From: Macrostomum lignano
Taxonomy: Eukaryota
Assembly: GCA_002269645.1 (NCBI GenBank)
Contig: NIVC01001970.1
Location: forward strand, 1 to 64,000
Direction of reading: 5' to 3'
Length of the DNA stretch: 64,000 bases
This document shows, one piece after another, positions 59,901 through 64,000 of this stretch. How positions within the stretch are numbered: position 1 is the stretch's first letter; each line of letters begins with the position of its first letter. A program made the position numbers and the translations under genes. The notes under the pieces are model-generated. The model had not been told where the DNA came from. It did no database searches and was given only the letters and a program-made list of their open reading frames with translations.

Positions 59901-62900
59901 TGTCTCAAGGAACGAAGCGCATTCTCTCACTTCTAGCTCTTCTTTGTAGCGCATTGTCGAGTCCGATGTCTGCAGCATCTCACAGACGCCCATGCCGTCT
60001 ACTTCTGTTTCGCTCGAACGGAGCCGACCATGACCGAAGTCTCGAGGAAGGATGCGCACTCTCTTACTTCAAGCTCTTCCTTGTAGCGTACCGACCCGAC
60101 TGATGTCTGCAGCATCTCACAGACGCCCATGTCCTCCACATCCTGTTTCGCTCGAACGGAGCCGACCATGAAGGATGTCTCAAGGAACGAAGCGCATTCT
60201 CTCACTTCTAGCTCTTCTTTGTAGCGCATTGTCGAGTCCGATGTCTGCAGCATCTCACAGACGCCCATGTCCTCCACATCCTGTTTCGCTCGAACGGAGC
60301 CGACCATGACCGAAGTCTCGAGGAAGGATGCGCACTCTCTTACTTCAAGCTCTTCCTTGTAGCGTACCGACCCGACTGATGTCTGCAGCATCTCACAGAC
60401 GCCCATGTCCTCCACATCCTGTTTCGCTCGAACGGAGCCGACCATGAAGGATGTCTCAAGGAACGAAGCGCATTCTCTCACTTCTAGCTCTTCTTTGTAG
60501 CGCATTGTCGAGTCCGATGTCTGCAGCATCTCACAGACGCCCATGCCGTCTACTTCTTGTTTCGCTCGAACGGAGCCGACCATGACCGAAGTCTCGAGGA
60601 AGGATGCGCACTCTCTTACTTCAAGCTCTTCCTTGTAGCGTACCGACCCGACTGATGTCTGCAGCATCTCACAGACGCCCATGTCCTCCACATCCTGTTT
60701 CGCTCGAACGGAGCCGACCATGAAGGATGTCTCAAGGAACGAAGCGCATTCTCTCACTTCTAGCTCTTCTTTGTAGCGCATTGTCGAGTCCGATGTCTGC
60801 AGCATCTCACAGAAGCCCATGCCGTCTACTTCTTGTTTCGCTCGAACGGAGCCGACCATGACCGAAGTCTCGAGGAAGGATGCGCACTCTCTTACTTCAA
60901 GCTCTTCCTTGTAGCGTACCGACCCGACTGATGTCTGCAGCATCTCACAGACGCCCATGTCCTCCACATCCTGTTTCGCTCGAACGGAGCCGACCATGAA
61001 GGATGTCTCAAGGAACGAAGCGCATTCTCTCACTTCTAGCTCTTCTTTGTAGCGCATTGTCGAGTCCGATGTCTGCAGCATCTCACAGACGCCCATGCCG
61101 TCTACTTCTTGTTTCGCTCGAACGGAGCCGACCATGACCGAAGTCTCGAGGAAGGATGCGCACTCTCTTACTTCAAGCTCTTCCTTGTAGCGTACCGACC
61201 CGACTGATGTCTGCAGCATCTCACAGACGCCCATGTCCTCCACATCCTGTTTCGCTCGAACGGAGCCGACCATGAAGGATGTCTCAAGGAACGAAGCGCA
61301 TTCTCTCACTTCTAGCTCTTCTTTGTAGCGCATTGTCGAGTCCGATGTCTGCAGCATCTCACAGACGCCCATGCCGTCTACTTCTTGTTTCGCTCGAACG
61401 GAGCCGACCATGACCGAAGTCTCGAGGAAGGATGCGCACTCTCTTACTTCAAGCTCTTCCTTGTAGCGTACCGACCCGACTGATGTCTGCAGCATCTCAC
61501 AGACGCCCATGTCCTCCACATCCTGTTTCGCTCGAACGGAGCCGACCATGACCGAAGTCTCGAGGAAGGATGCGCACTCTCTTACTTCAAGCTCTTCCTT
61601 GTAGCGTACCGACCCGACTGATGTCTGCAGCATCTCACAGACGCCCATTCCATCGACTGACTGTTCCACTTGAACTGAAGCCTCCTTCACAAGGGTCTCT
61701 ACTCGGATAGCGCCTTCCAGGAATGTGGTCTCGGAGAATGTGAAGCACTCGTCGAGTTTCGGCTCTTCCTTGTAGCGTACCGACCCGTCTGATGTGAGCA
61801 GCATCTCACAGACGCCCATTCCATCGACTGACTGTTCCACTTGAACTGAAGCCTCCTTCACAAGTGTCTCTACTCGGATAGCGCCTTCCAGGAATGTGGT
61901 CTCGGAGAATGTGAAGCACTCGTCGAGTTTCGGCTCTTCCTTGTTGCGTACCGACCCGTCTGATGTGAGCAGCATCTCACAGACGCCCATTCCATCGACT
62001 GGCTGTTCCACTTGAACTGAAGCCTCCTTCACAAGTGTCTCTACTCGGATAGCGCCTTCCAGGAATGTGGTCTCGGAGAATGTGAAGCACTCGTCGAGTT
62101 TCGGCTCCTCCTTGTAGCGTACCGAAGCGTCTGATGTGAGCAGCATCTCACAGACGCCCATGTCGTCTATTTCTTGTGTCACTCGAACAGATCTTATCAT
62201 GACGGATGTCTCGAGGAACGATGCGCAGTCTCTCACTTCTAGCTCTTCTTTGTAGCGCATTGTCGTGTCTGATGTCTCCAACATCTCACAGAAGCCCATT
62301 TCGTTCACACTCTGGCTTACTCGAATGGACTCACTCAAGACAGTCGTTTCCAGGAATGAGGCGCATTCGTTGAGCTTCGGCTCTTCCTTGTAGCGTACCG
62401 ACCCGACTGATGTCTGCAGCATCTCACAGACGCCCATGTCCTCCACATCCTGTTTCGCTCGAACGGAGCCGACCATGAAGGATGTCTCAAGGAACGAAGC
62501 GCATTCTCTCACTTCTAGCTCTTCTTTGTAGCGCATTGTCGAGTCCGATGTCTGCAGCATCTCACAGACGCCCATGCCGTCTACTTCTTGTTTCGCTCGA
62601 ACGGAGCCGACCATGACCGAAGTCTCGAGGAAGGATGCGCACTCTCTTACTTCAAGCTCTTCCTTGTAGCGTACCGACCCGACTGATGTCTGCAGCATCT
62701 CACAGACGCCCATGTCCTCCACATCCTGTTTCGCTCGAACGGAGCCGACCATGAAGGATGTCTCAAGGAACGAAGCGCATTCTCTCACTTCTAGCTCTTC
62801 TTTGTAGCGCATTGTCGAGTCCGATGTCTGCAGCATCTCACAGAAGCCCATGCCGTCTACTTCTTGTTTCGCTCGAACGGAGCCGACCATGACCGAAGTC

Positions 62901-64000
62901 TCGAGGAAGGATGCGCACTCTCTTACTTCAAGCTCTTCCTTGTAGCGTACCGACCCGACTGATGTCTGCAGCATCTCACAGACGCCCATGTCCTCCACAT
63001 CCTGTTTCGCTCGAACGGAGCCGACCATGAAGGATGTCTCAAGGAACGAAGCGCATTCTCTCACTTCTAGCTCTTCTTTGTAGCGCATTGTCGAGTCCGA
63101 TGTCTGCAGCATCTCACAGACGCCCATGCCGTCTACTTCTTGTTTCGCTCGAACGGAGCCGACCATGACCGAAGTCTCGAGGAAGGATGCGCACTCTCTT
63201 ACTTCAAGCTCTTCCTTGTAGCGTACCGACCCGACTGATGTCTGCAGCATCTCACAGACGCCCATGTCCTCCACATCCTGTTTCGCTCGAACGGAGCCGA
63301 CCATGAAGGATGTCTCAAGGAACGAAGCGCATTCTCTCACTTCTAGCTCTTCTTTGTAGCGCATTGTCGAGTCCGATGTCTGCAGCATCTCACAGACGCC
63401 CATGCCGTCTACTTCTTGTTTCGCTCGAACGGAGCCGACCATGACCGAAGTCTCGAGGAAGGATGCGCACTCTCTTACTTCAAGCTCTTCCTTGTAGCGT
63501 ACCGACCCGACTGATGTCTGCAGCATCTCACAGACGCCCATGTCCTCCACATCCTGTTTCGCTCGAACGGAGCCGACCATGAAGGATGTCTCAAGGAACG
63601 AAGCGCATTCTCTCACTTCTAGCTCTTCTTTGTAGCGCATTGTCGAGTCCGATGTCTGCAGCATCTCACAGACGCCCATGTCCTCCACATCCTGTTTCGC
63701 TCGAACGGAGCCGACCATGACCGAAGTCTCGAGGAAGGATGCGCACTCTCTTACTTCAAGCTCTTCCTTGTAGCGTACCGACCCGACTGATGTCTGCAGC
63801 ATCTCACAGACGCCCATGTCCTCCACATCCTGTTTCGCTCGAACGGAGCCGACCATGAAGGATGTCTCAAGGAACGAAGCGCATTCTCTCACTTCTAGCT
63901 CTTCTTTGTAGCGCATTGTCGAGTCCGATGTCTGCAGCATCTCACAGACGCCCATGCCGTCTACTTCTTGTTTCGCTCGAACGGAGCCGACCATGACCGA
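41971..64000 (-). CDS. 3' part (>22 kb, >7,300 aa) of a second giant repeat-coding exon, paralogous to 4312-28602, ending DDGVFEGFD*; 5' end outside the window
   Basis: Same 46-aa A/B units. Long clean ORFs at both ends (59999-63994 and 41971-45012) with scattered single-base frameshifts between. Unique Cys/Ser/Val-rich region at ~43700-42960, then 23-aa repeats and a stop. Confidence 0.75.
42060..42962 (-). repeat. Coding 69-bp (23-aa) repeat VTRREGTALGSTDSVSSARAQLG x13
   Basis: Period 69 bp (ttgttacaccc at 42129 and 42198); 13 copies counted in the translation. Confidence 0.95.
43700..64000 (-). repeat. Coding 138-bp A/B tandem array, ~140 units in the window
   Basis: Same units as 4560-19270; runs off the window edge. 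Copy number estimated from length. Confidence 0.95.
61645..62390 (-). repeat. Single 46+46+3x57-aa higher-order unit embedded in the right A/B array
   Basis: Contains ETTVLSESIRVSQSVNE, SVMIRSVRVTQEIDD and three ETLVKEASVQVEQ units, with private substitutions relative to the 19.2-26.6 kb block. Confidence 0.9.

Noticed and set aside
4800-60103. Dozens of short + strand ORFs (MSQGTKRILSLLALL..., MSSTSCFARTEPT...) and off-frame - strand ORFs (MRHPSWSAPFERNR...)
   Set aside because: Shadow frames of the repeat. They are repeatedly stopped, and the synonymous-change pattern supports only the MGVCEML frame.
4560-64000. CRISPR-like or pure satellite interpretation of the 138-bp arrays
   Set aside because: No unique spacers, eukaryotic spliced context, and codon-level constraint in one frame.

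Overview
Eukaryotic (metazoan) genomic DNA rich in minisatellites. The style is reminiscent of the flatworm Macrostomum, but that is inference only. The window is dominated by two giant minus-strand coding repeat arrays from one family of 46-aa Glu/Val/Ser/Cys-rich units (138 bp). The left unit can be built by hand into one spliced gene. Eight phase-compatible GT-AG exons (37577 to 28688, 501 codons) encode a plakin domain: spectrin-like repeats plus the plakin-specific SH3 (...LDNSNSFNWKV...VPSICIWLPPPD.EAV). These splice into a single ~24.3-kb terminal exon (28602 to 4312, ~8,100 aa), giving a protein of about 8,600 aa. That exon holds a region rich in TQT/xVQV motifs (candidate dynein light chain LC8 sites), nine higher-order repeats built from 57-aa and 46-aa units, and ~105 alternating A/B 46-aa units. 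The right unit (>64000 to 41971) is a second giant reading frame with an almost identical A/B array but a different C-terminus containing 13 x 23-aa repeats; it is probably a tandem paralogue whose 5' exons lie outside the window. The many frameshifts in the arrays look like consensus/assembly errors rather than decay. Introns and intergenic DNA hold many distinct minisatellites, two LINE 3' fragments (RNase H-bearing I-group-like and RTE-like) joined tail-to-tail at a (CAA)n tract, a decayed CRE-like LINE end, two hAT MITEs, a tRNA-SINE and a mariner relic. No rRNA, true tRNA or CRISPR features were found.
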